Assembly: GCA_951406725.2 (NCBI GenBank)
Contig: OX597819.1
Location: 38,812,001 to 38,876,000 of the forward strand
Direction: 5' to 3'
DNA: 64,000 nucleotides
DNA from: Octopus vulgaris
Lineage: Eukaryota
A model generated the notes under the pieces. It saw only the letters and a list, made by a program, of their open reading frames with translations. It did no database searches and was not told where the DNA came from. This document shows positions 25,986-38,664 of this stretch, in pieces (position 1 is the first letter of the stretch; the number at the start of each line of letters is the position of its first letter). The position numbers and the translations under genes were made by a program.

Positions 25986-27083
25986 TTATTTCAGAGATTT
26001 GGTGCAAACAAATTTTGTAGCAACATTGTTAATGTTAACTAAAACATAGCTAATGTCATACCATCTGGGTTGGTCTGGTATCTGTTGACTGATGGTATGA
26101 CAATGCTATCTATGAGAGCAAGGAAGACATTCACAGAAAGCCACTTATGGTTTCTATAATAGGTTAGCTTTAACTTTCAATAGCATTTCTTGAGATGTGC
26201 TGATGATTGTTCCACTAGTCATTTAACAGCTGACTATTGCCTAACTGAAATGAAACTTTCTTCAATTAGGCAGCTGATACATCTCTGTCAAATTACATGG
26301 CAATTATATGCTGGTAGAAATTCTCCAAATATAGATTCTTTAAAGAATACTTTTGACTCATCAGTAGGTCTACTCTTTGGAAAACTGACAGAGTTTGTCT
26401 GAAATCAACAAACGTGTTTTATTCAGCAAGAACTATTGGGGAAGCAACATTTTTTGTTCTGCAGCTTGGTGTTCTTATGAAAGGTGGTCCACTTCCCATA
26501 CAAAAGAGAAGTGACCATGAGAGAAATATGATTTTATGAGTTCAATCCCAACTACTTTGAAAGACTGTTCATCAGACTTGCAGTTGTCCAAAGAAAAATA
26601 GTGGCACATCTTGAAATTAAATGTGATTCCACACATAATAATAGTATTTCATCTCTAGATCTCATAAGCTGTGATGGAGAACCTTGAATACAAGTCTCTA
26701 AGACATTGTGCATACCAATACCTTAGCTTACTTCATGAACTCGAGTTTCTCTCTAGATTTTTTTGTCAATCTGTCAGTGCGTGTAAGGTTGCCTAGCAGT
26801 TTAAAAGCAGAATGAACATTCCTGCTACAAGTGAGCAAAGTTGAAGCAATTTTAGATGAGACCACCGTCACAGCAATCCAGCTGCGTGAATGAACTTTAA
26901 CCAATACTAGATTGATCAAAAATCTCTTCCTAGTACAAACAGTAGCATCAAGGAAAACTATTCCTCCTGAGCTAGATGCTATCAATGGCTTGATACTTGT
27001 ATATACTATTTTTTTTTTATATTTGGAACCTAGAATAATTCATTTCAATGAACTTATTGCTTCCATTATTGAATGTAATAATA

Positions 27084-27345
27084 ATAAAAATAAATAAATG
27101 CACTCTTTTAAAGCCTAGCCAGGCTCATGGGCTCGGTTTCCTGGTTTCTATGGCGTATGTGTTCCCCAGCTGGATGGGAGACCAGTCCATCGCAGCGTTA
27201 CTCATTTTAGCCAGCTGAGTGAACTGGAGCAACGTGAAATGAAGTGTTTTGCTCAAGAACACAACACATCGCCCGGTCCAGGAATCGAGACCAAAATCTT
27301 ACGATCATGATGCTGACACCCTAACCACTAAGCCACGCACCTCCG
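27084..27345 (-). mobile_element. Family C tRNA-derived SINE (MetaSINE-like) with a 14-bp TSD
   Basis: Head gtggcttagtggttaggg...tctcgattcctgg, central ttcttgagcaaaacact, then ctgcgatggactgg...cccatccag...gaaacc (Meta-domain-like). TSD tgaatgtaataata at 27070-83 and 27346-59. Confidence 0.85.
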
Positions 27346-27669
27346 TGAATGTAATAATAGCTGATTCTGTAAAGAATCTCCTCAACAGTAGTTCAGGCTT
27401 CATCACAGATCCCTTCATGGGGTTCCTCCACTTCTGGTTTTTATCTTAAATTACAAATAGAAACGAAAGCAAACCATTGTTATCTAATTTACAGCCAAAT
27501 ACAGACAATAATTTGTAGTTGATTCAGTAAAGGTTACAGATATGTCATTTCCTGTATTTTCTATTGCTTCAATAGAAACATCACCATGAGATATTGGCAA
27601 ATCTTGAATAACACAACTAGGCTACTTTTGCTGTCAATGATGATGATGATGGTGATGATGATGAGGACG

Positions 27670-27702
<33 letters not shown>

Positions 27703-27996
27703 CTCCTCATCTTATGGCTCTATTTCAGTAATAGTTAAACAGGAAAACTTTTATGTCAAAGCATTGCATGCAGGTACATGAACATGGTAAAAGTGTGTGC
27801 ATATATAAATATATATGTATATACAGATATACATGTGTATGTATGTATATGTGTGCATGAGAGCATGTGTCTGTGTATGTCCATTTACTTCTCCACTTCC
27901 ACTATAAATTTGATTGTTCTCTTAAAGTATCACTTATTCATCATGTTAGTTGTAGAATAAATTATCTGTTAAGTTTTATCTCGTTTGTTTATATCT

Positions 27997-28094
27997 GTTT
28001 AAAACTTAACCTGAAGATGGTGAATTTAAGCTATGCTAAAATCTATGAATGCATCAATAAAATGCTACTGAAACAGCTGTAGTAAATTTTAAAC
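27997..28094 (+). ncRNA. Type I hammerhead ribozyme motif with an intact core and a long stem II insert
   Basis: gtttaaaacttaac-CTGAAGA-t-ggt[...]act-GAAAC-agct-GTA^gtaaattttaaac; palindromic stem III ACAGCTGT. Confidence 0.7.
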
Positions 28095-28119
28095 CCTATT
28101 TATATTCTCTCTCTCTCTC

Positions 28120-28903
28120 ACGTAAAAAGCACCATCCGATCGTGGCCGTTTGCCAGCCTCGTCTGGCACCTGTGCAGGTGGCACATAAAAAGCACCCACT
28201 ACACTCTCGGAGTGGTTGGCGTTAGGAAGGCATCCAGCTGTAAAAACATTACCAGATCAGACTGGGCCTGGCACAGCCTTCTGGCTTCCCAGACCCCAGT
28301 TGAACCGTCCAACCCATGCTAGCATGGAAAACAGGCGTTAAACGATGATGATGATATATATATATAAAAATCAAAATCAAATTCAATGACTGGAGTCTGT
28401 GCTAGCAGGGTGCAAAGAGCACCATACGAGTGAAATCATTGACAGAGTGGCTAACCGGCTTCAGTGCCAGTGGCACTTAAAAGCATCATTCGAGCATGAT
28501 CATTACCAGCGTCACCTTACTGGCACTTGAGCCCTGTGCTAGTAGGGTATTAAGAGCACCATCCGAGCGTGATCGTGGCTATCTGGCCTCCATGCCGGTG
28601 GCACATAAAAGACATCATTCAAGTGTGATCCTTACCAGCATCACTTTACTGGCACCTGTGCTGGTGGCATGTGTAAAAGATTCGAGCAAGGTCGTTGCCA
28701 GTACCGCCTGACTGGCCCCGTGCCAGTGGCACAAAAAAGCTCCCACTACACTCTCGGAGTGGTTGGCGTTAGGAAGGGCATCCAGCTGTAGAAACTCTGC
28801 CAGATCAAGATTGAAGCCTGGTGCAGCCATCTGGTTCGACAGCCCTCAGTCATTCGTCCAACCCATGCTAGCATGAAAAACAGACGTTAAACGATGATGA
28901 TGA
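28120..28903 (+). mobile_element. Two tandem family B retroposons (28120-28353 short; 28367-28903 long form with diverged ~60-bp units)
   Basis: Both end ...gttaaacgatgatgatga. The long form starts (aaaatc)n, like the copy at 51124. Confidence 0.85.
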
Positions 28904-28913
28904 TATATATATC

Positions 28914-29220
28914 AGAATTATGGAAACCCTCCTTATAAACAAACTGAAACCAGCCATTAACAACAGGAAAGAACTACATGAAGCAGACTGGTTGCTATAG
29001 CAACAGTCCATGCATGTCTCCTTCCTCCTTCCACCTCACACCCCTCTAATCTGAGTAACAAACGTTTTCCAACTACTGCTTTTCTGAATGTCCTGAAGAA
29101 AGAGTCTTCACCCCAAAATATAGAAATACAAGGTAAAACTGCAACTCTGTTCTGTTTTTTCATTTTGTAGTATACTTTCTACCTTCTTGCATTATTCCAG
29201 CTTCACACAACTACATTCTT
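28914..29220 (+). mobile_element. Penelope-like element 3' end: GIY-YIG C-terminus (28914-29000) plus a decayed hammerhead (29089-29126)
   Basis: RIMETLLINKLKPAINNRKELHEADWLL* (~LxIxExLxIxxxKPxLN), then tgtc-CTGAAGA-aagagtcttcacccc-aAAA-tata-gaaa. Confidence 0.65.
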
Positions 29221-29594
29221 TAATATATATATATATATATAAACGAAAGAAAGGAGTTGAACGACGATTTAACAAAATTCCTTTATTCTCAACATGTTTC
29301 GAAGGCTGCATATTCCTAATTTCGAAGGAATAAGGGGTGCATTAGCTTCAACCGTGTTTTTCTGACATGAATTTGCTACCCAGGAATCGGTTAACCAAAT
29401 TATCCATACTAAGATAATTCATTCAACTACTTAAATACATATATATATAAAATATTAGGGAGTATAACTCCAAACTTACAGGGAAAAATTTCAATTTAGT
29501 ATTAAATTAAATTTCACAATATAAATATATAAAATATAAATTAGAGATAAAACCACTATTATCTCTAATGTATATTTTATATATATATATATAT

Positions 29595-29847
29595 ATACAA
29601 AATTAAGAGGAATGACCACTAATAGTGGACAGTGAGTATGCTAGATATAGATGTCAAACTCGCCATTTACCACGAAGAATGTGTTCTCAAAAACAAAATT
29701 CAGCATTTAAAAAAATTTTTTTTAACTTTGGCTTTTTGCTAAATTTTGTTTTTGAGAACACATTCTTCATGGTAAATGGCGAGTTTGACGTCTATATCTA
29801 GCATACAGGCTGTCCACTATTAGTGGTCATTCCTCTTAATTTTGTAT
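29595..29847. repeat. Foldback element (arms ~110 bp) in a (TA)n tract
   Basis: atacaaaattaagaggaatgaccactaatagtggacag... pairs with ...ctgtccactattagtggtcattcctcttaattttgtat, with few mismatches. Confidence 0.85.
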
Positions 29848-29930
29848 GTATAAAATTTTTAATCTTCGAATTTTTAAATAATATGTAGGCCACTGGTTTT
29901 AATTGATTAATATCAATTTCTACCCTTATT

Positions 29931-29964
<34 letters not shown>

Positions 29965-29986
29965 CTATATATTATATATATATATA

Positions 29987-30017
<31 letters not shown>

Positions 30018-30223
30018 TTGTACATATATATATTGTATATATATATATTGTATATATATATATTGTATATATAAATATTGTATATATATATTGTATATAT
30101 AAATTGTATATATATATATATTGTATATATAAATATATATATATATAAATATAAACCCCGTCTGTATTTTTCTTGTATATATGTATGAGTGTGTATATAT
30201 ATATGTGTGTGTGTGTGTGTTTA

Positions 30224-31285
30224 CTGGATGTTCAATTTAAAAGTTGATTCAATTGTATCTATTAATAGTTATAAAGAATGTGCAATATTATGGACAAACT
30301 TACTTTTATTAAAATACTCGTTTAAAAGTTACAATGTCAAACTGGTTACAAAAGGGGTTGAAATTGTTGGCTGCCACATTGTGGACATAAGCCAACATGA
30401 CGATGTTTGTTCTGGAACACATTAATCAAAATTTCACGGGTGATATTTTGGATAATATCAGTAATATCCGTACACAGTTCATCAAGTGTATGCGGATTCT
30501 TTGCAAACTCAGCATCCTTGATATAGCTGAATAAAAAGAAATCGAGAGGCATTAAGTCTGGCGATCTGGGTGGCCTGAGGCCTTTTGTGATCAACCTGTG
30601 TTCAAAAGTTTGTCGTAAGTGAAACAAAGTGTCGTAAGTGAAACCTGGATGTTAAACCAAATATTTTTTCCTAGACCTCTCTTGTTGCTTAGATAAGGAC
30701 AAATTTACTACACTTCACTGGGCACTCAGAGCATGAAGAAAAGGCTGGGACCAATGCTTTAAAGCATGTTATTCAAGACTCTAGTAATTCTAACAAGTCA
30801 TTATGCTAGCTTGATGCATTATTCTATCAACTCCACAGAAAGATAAAAAGCAAACTTAACCATGGCATAATTTGAACCCAGAATGGAGATGATTGGAACA
30901 AATACCAAAGAAAGTATTTTGTCCAAACACTCTAAACATGACATATTGCTGGGTCCTGTTGAAGCCATGCATTACTGTTTTTTCATTCTCAGTTAGCTGC
31001 TTAACAAACTGATCAATTATCTCACAATAACGTTCCAAATTCAAGGTTTCTTGGTAAAAATCAGTCCTTCTGTTCTTCGCCTGCTGATAGCCACTAATCT
31101 TCACTACATGTAAGGGCGATTCGACAAACTCATGAGGATGGAGAGCACTCCATATGCATGCATTTTGTGAATTAGGGTATCCCGATAGGTGAATCCAAGC
31201 CTTGTCAGTAAAGGTCGTGTCAATCAGAGAGAGCTAATATTTTGACAGTTAATCAATTGAGTCAACTTTTAAATTGAACACCCTG
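30224..31285 (-). mobile_element. Internally deleted Tc1/mariner-superfamily transposon (WPPRSPDL-type), both TIRs and TA TSDs present
   Basis: TIRs ctggatgttcaatttaaaagttgattcaattg / caattgagtcaacttttaaattgaacaccctg flanked by TA. Transposase remnants RPPRSPDLMPLDFFLFSYIKD...PHTLDEL, WFQQD and ETLNLERYCEII. Confidence 0.88.
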
Positions 31286-31289
31286 TATA

Positions 31290-31357
<68 letters not shown>

Positions 31358-31825
31358 AAACCAACAAAATTGTTTTAGCATCCATTTTTTCATGCTTCCA
31401 TATGTCAAACAGCTTGTTGAGGCTAATTTTCTATGGCCAGATGTCATTCCTGTTTCTAAACAAGGCAATATTTCTTCATGGCCAGATATGTTTTCGGGGA
31501 AGATTGGACATGAACAACACTTCATGTATGACGGTGAAACTCATTTACAACTATTGTAGGATGTGAAGACAAGGACATATGCAAATAAACAGCTATGCAC
31601 AACCATACGCACATACACAACCACCCATCACATACACCCTCATATATAAACATACATGTGCTTCTTGAAATTCGATATTCCGCCTTCCGAATCCACTCAT
31701 AACTCTTTAGTCAGCCTGGGGCTATAGTAGAAGTCACTTCCACTACAGCCCCTGAAACCCTGTGGTAGAGAAGTGAAATCTTTAACCATACAGCTATGCC
31801 TGCACCTACACACACACATATACAC

Positions 31826-31873
<48 letters not shown>

Positions 31874-32802
31874 ATATATAAATGTGATTGTGTGTGCATA
31901 TATATACATATATACATATCTAAAGATGTGTGTGTGTGTGTGCATTTCATGTGGTGTTGCTGTGTGGAATGTTTACATACCTACTTGTATTAGGAATAAA
32001 AATATTTAGGCACCACTCTTGATATTTTATGAGATGTCAGTTATTTCCATAATCTGAAGTGAGTTGTATTAAAGTTAATAATAGCAAATAATGATGATGA
32101 TGATGATATGCCGACAATGACGACAATGCTGATAACAACGATGATGGTGATACTGAAGATGATGATGATGACGATAACGATGATGGTGACAAGGGCATCT
32201 ACATAGTCTTAGGTAAGAAGGGATATTAAAATTCAATTTCTTATTTGTGACTCAATAAAATCACTTTGAAATAGTAAATTGGCAGCATCTTTAGAGTGTT
32301 TGGACAAAATACTTTCTTTGGTACTTGTTCCAATCATCTCCATTCTGAGTTCAAATTATGCCAAAGTTAAGTTTGCTTTTTATCTTTCTGTGGGGTTGAT
32401 AGAATAAAGTATCAAGCTAGCATAATGACTTGTTAGAATTACTAGAGTCTTGAATAACATGCTTTAAAGCATTGGTCCCAGCTCTTTCTTCATGTTCTGA
32501 GTGCTCAGGGAAGTGTAGCAAATTTGTCCTTATCTAAGCAACAAGAGAGGTCTTGTAAAAAATTTTTGGTTTAACATCCATGTTTCCATGCTTGTATGGG
32601 TCAGGTGAACTTTTATGAAGCAGATTGTGTATGACCTGAAGCTTTTCCTGTTGCCAACCTTCACTTGTTTCCAAGCAAGGTAATATTTCCCCATTGGCAG
32701 ACATGCTTTTTGCAGGATATTGGAAACGATTGACTCTGAATGACAGTGACACTCATTTACAGCTATTTATATATATATATAGTGAAGTATATTTGCCATT
32801 TA

Positions 32803-32822
32803 AAAATGTATTTTTATTTTTA

Positions 32823-32868
<46 letters not shown>

Positions 32869-32911
32869 CGGTGTACGTACACCTTATTCTCTTATATGTA
32901 TGTAAGCATTC

Positions 32912-32952
<41 letters not shown>

Positions 32953-33265
32953 CAATAATAAATCTCAGAGCGAGTTATAAACAGTAGCTGCAACACATCG
33001 TGAAGTATATTTGCCATTTAAATATGGCTAACCCCTAAGGGTGGATGCTACTGTAGCTTGTGGCCCCAGGAGGACACCTCCTCCAGCTAGCTATTGACAC
33101 ACTTTCTGTGCCAAAGTGTGTCAATAGCCAGCTGGAGGAGGTGTCCTCCTGGGGCTACAAGCTACAGTAGCATCCACCCTTAGGGGTTAGCCATATTTAA
33201 ATGGCAAATATACTTCACAATGTGTTGCAGCTACTGTTTATAACTCGCTCTGAGATTTATTATTG

Positions 33266-33304
<39 letters not shown>

Positions 33305-33401
33305 GAATGCTTACATACATATAAGAGAATAAGGTGTACGTACACCGCAATAATATATATATATATATATATATAAAAATATAAAAATAAAAATACATTT
33401 T
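32803..33401. repeat. Near-perfect ~600-bp palindrome (7-nt spacer at 33106-33112)
   Basis: The arms are reverse complements except for three substitutions seen by eye and (TA)n length differences. Confidence 0.95.
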
Positions 33402-33465
33402 GTATTTTTATATATATATATATATATATATACATATATAGATATATACATATACATATATACAT

Positions 33466-33550
<85 letters not shown>

Positions 33551-33595
33551 TATCATCATCATCATCATTTAGCGTCCGCTTTCCATGCTAGCATG

Positions 33596-33655
<60 letters not shown>

Positions 33656-34218
33656 GGCAAGCTTCTTCCAGTTTCCATTTATCAATTCTAGTTGCAGAGC
33701 TTTGGTTGGCCTTGAACATTATGGTAGACAACACTTGCCCAAGGTTCACATGGTGGAACTGAACTCAAAACCATGTGGTTGAGAAGCAAACTCTTTAACC
33801 ACATAGCCTTGTCTGCCCCATTAAAATTCTTTGACAACCATACAATTCTTGTCAAGGAAGTTATGAGGGAACATTCAATCATTCATTGATTTGATGGAGT
33901 ATTATTCTGGCAAAATATACATTGAAGTCATTTCTAAGAAATAAAGTTCAGATGTTGGATCTATAGAAAAATGCTCAAATCACTGGTGGTGCTCCAACAT
34001 GGCCACAGCCACGCTGAAACACTGGATGAATAAATCAAACTTACTTTTATTAGCAGCTGCAACATGTGTGTGTGTGTGTGTGTGTGTGTGTTGTAGTTGT
34101 TGATCCTATTTATTAATCCCAGGTCAGCATTGACTGAGTAGACTCATGTCTAACCTTTTAGCATTCCAATTATTCTGTCAATATCTAATGCATATATATA
34201 TATATGTGCATATATGTA

Positions 34219-34263
<45 letters not shown>

Positions 34264-34288
34264 ACACACACATACATACACATATATA

Positions 34289-35512
34289 CAGGAATTGGAC
34301 AAAATATTGGAAACACCTAGCATCATAGCATCATAATTCTGAAATATCTATACAACCATCAAAAGCTTGTTTATTTTTATGTTTTTTGATTTATTATTAG
34401 TGTTGTTTAATATGTTTTGCTAAAATTGCTGTTTCTTTTCAGATATCATCAGAGAAAGGTAATTAAAATGACAGATCTATCGGACTTTCAAAGCGGTCAA
34501 ATTGTTGGTGATCGTATGGCAGGCACTAGTTTAATGAAAACAGCCGAAATGTTTGGTGTATCAAGAAGTACTGTCTCGAAAGTAATGGCAGCCTTTGAGA
34601 AAGAGGGATAAGCCTCCTTGTCAAAAGAAAACTCTACAAGAAAACTAAAACTTTCAGATAGTGACTGTCAGACTCTTACGTGAAGAATCACAAAAGTACA
34701 GCGCCCAAAATTACTGCAGAGTTTAATAACCACTTTGAGAACCCAGTTTCCACAAAAACTGTCCGCCGAGAGCTGCACAAAGCCAGATTTCATGGGAGGG
34801 CTGCAATCAGAAAACCAGTACTTTCAAAAACAAACGTTGCAAAGCATTTAGAGTGGAGTAAAAACCTACAGAATTGGTCCCTAGAGCAGTGGAAGAATAT
34901 TATTTTCTCGGACGAGTCTTCTTTTACCCTATTTCTGACCACCGGCTAAGTATATGTATGGAGACAGCCAAAAGAAGCATTTGACCCAGACTGCCTTATT
35001 CCAACAGTTAAACATGGAGGAGGATCTGTGATAATCTAAGGAGCTATATCTTGGAAATCTGCTGGCTGAATGGTTTCCCTTAATGGCAGAATTAATAGTC
35101 ACGACTATTTAAGCATTTTATCTGATCAAATTCATCCTATGGTTGTGGAACTGTTTCCAGATGGAAACACAATCTTTCAGGATGATAATGCACCAATTCA
35201 CACAGCTAAAATTGCTACTGAATGGCATGAGGAACATTCTAGTAAAGTTGAACATCTTATCTGGCCACCATAGTCCCCAGATCTCAATATTATTGAACAT
35301 TTATGGAGCATTTTAGAAAAACAAGTAAGGAGTCGATATCCTCCACCATCATCACTACGAGAACTGGAGACTGTTTTAACTGAAGAATGAACATTCAAAC
35401 TTTGTACGAGTCCATACCTTGTAGAATTCAAGTTGTAATTACTGCCAAAGGCAGTTCTACCCCATATTAAAATTAATTCATTTGAAATTTTAAGGTGTTT
35501 TCATTATTTTGC
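34289..35512 (+). mobile_element. Tc1-like transposon with a decayed DD36E transposase
   Basis: TA|caggaattggacaaaatattggaaacacct left TIR; partial right TIR aggtgttttcattattttgca. MTDLSDFQSGQIVG...FGVSRSTVSKVM (HTH), IFSDESSF, and FQDDNAPIHTAKIATEWHEEHSSKVEHLIWPP*SPDLNIIE with 36 residues between D and E. Confidence 0.92.
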
Positions 35513-37155
35513 AATTTACTTAATCATCAGTATATTATTTTTTATCTTATATTTAATACTTCTATTATATGTAATTTTCTAGATGGTGTAATTTAATTGT
35601 TCATTTTGAATTGGTAAAAGGTGGTTTTTTCTAATTTATATATATATATATACATATATATCAGAGACCTTGTTTTTGCATACATCCGCTTGCTTTCTTC
35701 CAAAGAATCTAGTGCTCTTAGCTTAGGTTTCCTTGAGGCTGGCCAGATTGGAGCAGTTTCGAGTGTAACCAGCCAAAACTACGACAATGACCTGGAACTC
35801 GACTGACAAAAAAAAGTTCCGAATGACCTGTCCTTGCTTTTTCCTGTCCATTTTTGTATCATCTAACTACTGTCCGCATATCTTGTTGTTGTCTGTTACA
35901 TTCTTGTTCCATTTTTTGTTTTGTCTTATTCTATATATATATATATGTATAAAGGTACACATACACAAACACGCAATTGGCTACCAATTGTTTCCCTGTT
36001 TCCATCTACCAAATTTCCTTGCAAGGCATCAGTAAGCCAGAGGATATACTAGATGACACTTGCCCGATGTGCCAATGTGCCATGCAGTGAGAATGAACCC
36101 AAGCCCACACAGTTGCAAAGTAAACTTCTTAACCATATACCTGTATCTGTCCTATTTCAGCTTAGTTTCCAATTACTGTTTCCAATTTCCATCCAATTAA
36201 AATGTTTATCAAAGAAAGAGAAAGAGAGAGCAAAAATGACAATATTCTTGAAGTTTTTAAATAAACATATTCATTTCAGAGAGATAATTAAAAATTATAA
36301 TTAAAAACTTTTTCACAATAGAAACATATGACATTAGAGTACAAAATGTTAAACAGTACAACCTATGGAAGAGATATCTAAAGATGTAAACATATAAGAA
36401 CTAACAATAATGTAGAGAGTATATCATCATTATCTCCTCCTCCTTCTGGAGGGTTAGTAACAGGAAGAGCATCTGGCTCTAGAAAATCTGCTTTAACAAA
36501 CTCTGCCTGACCAAAGCAAGCATGGAAAAGTGAACATTAAAATGGTGATAATAATGAAGATATACATATATGTCTTCATATATATATACATGATATCGCC
36601 TGAAGATATGAATCCACAAAAATGATTTACCTGATGCTCACAGATACTACGGACTACTCTGTAATCATCCTAGGAATACAGACTGTGATCTTCAGAGAAA
36701 TGTGAATTAGGGAAACACATGTAGTGATACATTAAAATATTTATAAAGTCTATACAAGGATTATTATTATTATTACATTTATCCTATGTTATATCAGTAC
36801 ACTCTGATGTAACCCACCAAAAATGATTCACTCATCAGCATCCTTGTACTGTGGCTGGCATAATGGAATAGGAGCTTTATTTGCATATTAAAAATGTTTC
36901 CTGTAAACGAATTTAAAAGATACACACACACACATATATATATAAAATTAGAACAAAAATCACCTTTTATCAATTCAAAATGAACGATTAAATTACACCA
37001 TCTAGAAAATTACATATAATAGAAATATTAAAATTAAAATAACAATAAAATATCAATGATTATTATATTGTGTGAAATTTGATTTAGTATTTCGAAATTG
37101 AATTTTTTTCCCTGTAAGTTTGGATTTATATTCCCTCAAATAATAATTATTATAT

Positions 37156-37539
37156 ACGTAAAAAGCACTATCCGAATCGTGGCCGATTTCAGCTCCGCCT
37201 CGACTGGCTTCCGTGTCAGTGACACGTAAAAACCACCATCCGAATCGTGGCCGAAGCCAGTGCCACCTCGACTGGCTTCCGTGCAGGTGGCACATAAAAT
37301 GCACCAATCCGACCGTGTCCGATGCCAGCCTCGCCTGGCACTAGTGCAGGTGGCATGTAAAAAGTACCCACTACACTCATGGAGTGGTTGGCGTTAGGAA
37401 GGGCATCCAGCTGTAGAAACATTGCCAGATAAGACTGGAGCCTGGTGCAGCCTTCTGGCTTCCCAGATCCCCAGTTGAACCGTCCAACCCATGCTAGCAT
37501 GGAGAACGGACGTTAAACGATGATGATGATGATGATGAT
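37156..37539 (+). mobile_element. Family B retroposon with three internal ~65-bp units
   Basis: Repeated ...aaaaagcaccatccgaatcgtggccga...gtggcac units, followed by the family tail. Confidence 0.88.
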
Positions 37540-38232
37540 TTTCTCTCTATCAAATCCACTCTACAAGGCTTTGGTCAGTCTAGGTCTATAGTAGTAGACA
37601 CTTGCACAAGATGGTGCACAGTGGGACTGAACCTGGAACTACAAGAGAGTAAAATGAACTTCTTAACCATACTGTGTCTGTTTGCATATACTCTTAAAAC
37701 TAGATAATAATGAAATTACCAACTAAAATCCAATAAGATACTAATGTAGTTTAGCAAACAGTTTTATTTGGAATATTGATTAAATAAATGAACATAAGAA
37801 TATTTACATTGAAGGAGATGTAAAATTTGAAAATATTATAAATCCATACTGTTAGTTCATTCATATTTATCAGCACAGTCACTGAGGTTACATAAGGAAA
37901 TGCTTGAATATCAAGCTGAAAGAGTCACTCTGTCTTCACAAAAGCAACAACAACAACTGAACTGATTTTGTAGACAATATCAATTCAAACAAAAGAGAAA
38001 AAAAGATGCAGAATAAATTGATAAAAATAGTTTTATTCTATTATAATCACAGAATGGGGAAATCTATATACTCTCTATTTGCCAATAAATTAGTTGGACT
38101 GTGACAAGTCTGATCAATAAGCTAAAATTATTGATACATATGAAATGGCTTTAATTTTGGTTGGTATGAAGGAAGCTGTATAAAGCATAGTGAGATGTTA
38201 TTCAGTGTGCATGTGTGTATGTGTGTGTTGTC

Positions 38233-38285
<53 letters not shown>

Positions 38286-38664
38286 TGATAAAGTAGAACT
38301 TTTAAATTTGGAGACAGACAAAGGTTTACAACGTGTGATGTTACAGTTCAACTAAACATTGCTATCAAATATGGCTAAATAAGTTGTTCTAGACTTTATG
38401 TAGCTCAGCACCATATTTCACAGAACAGCAATTTATGAATGCTCTCTCATGTTTTCTTTTATCTTTTACTTGTTTCAATCACTGGAGCTTCTTAAACCAC
38501 ACAGTGATATCCATACTAATGCAATGCACAGAAACTAATTCTTTTAAGTAATGGTTTATTATCCATTCATTATACTATTACCTCCAGCATATGTATCTGT
38601 TTCAATATTTGCATGGACTAAGCACCCTAAGTTAAATTTTTATGTGTATTACTTGACTGTCTTC

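Larger units (their letters stand above)
25230..27635 (-). pseudogene. Decayed autonomous Helitron Rep/Hel (PIF1-family helicase), interrupted by two SINEs
   Basis: Motifs in the expected order on the minus strand: KICQYLM-GDVSIEA (~DEIxQYxxGRYISSNEA); GGIVFLDATVCTRKRFLINLVLVKVHSRSWIAVTVVSSKIASTLLTCSRNVHSAFKL (~FLDAPGGTGKTFL...VASSGIAATLLxGGRTAHSxFKLP); DFRQTLSV (~GDFRQTLPV); YRNHKWL; SKSHEQSFKVAGIELIKSYFSHGHF (~NKSQGQSLxxxGxxLxxxxFSHGQxYVA). Confidence 0.85.
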
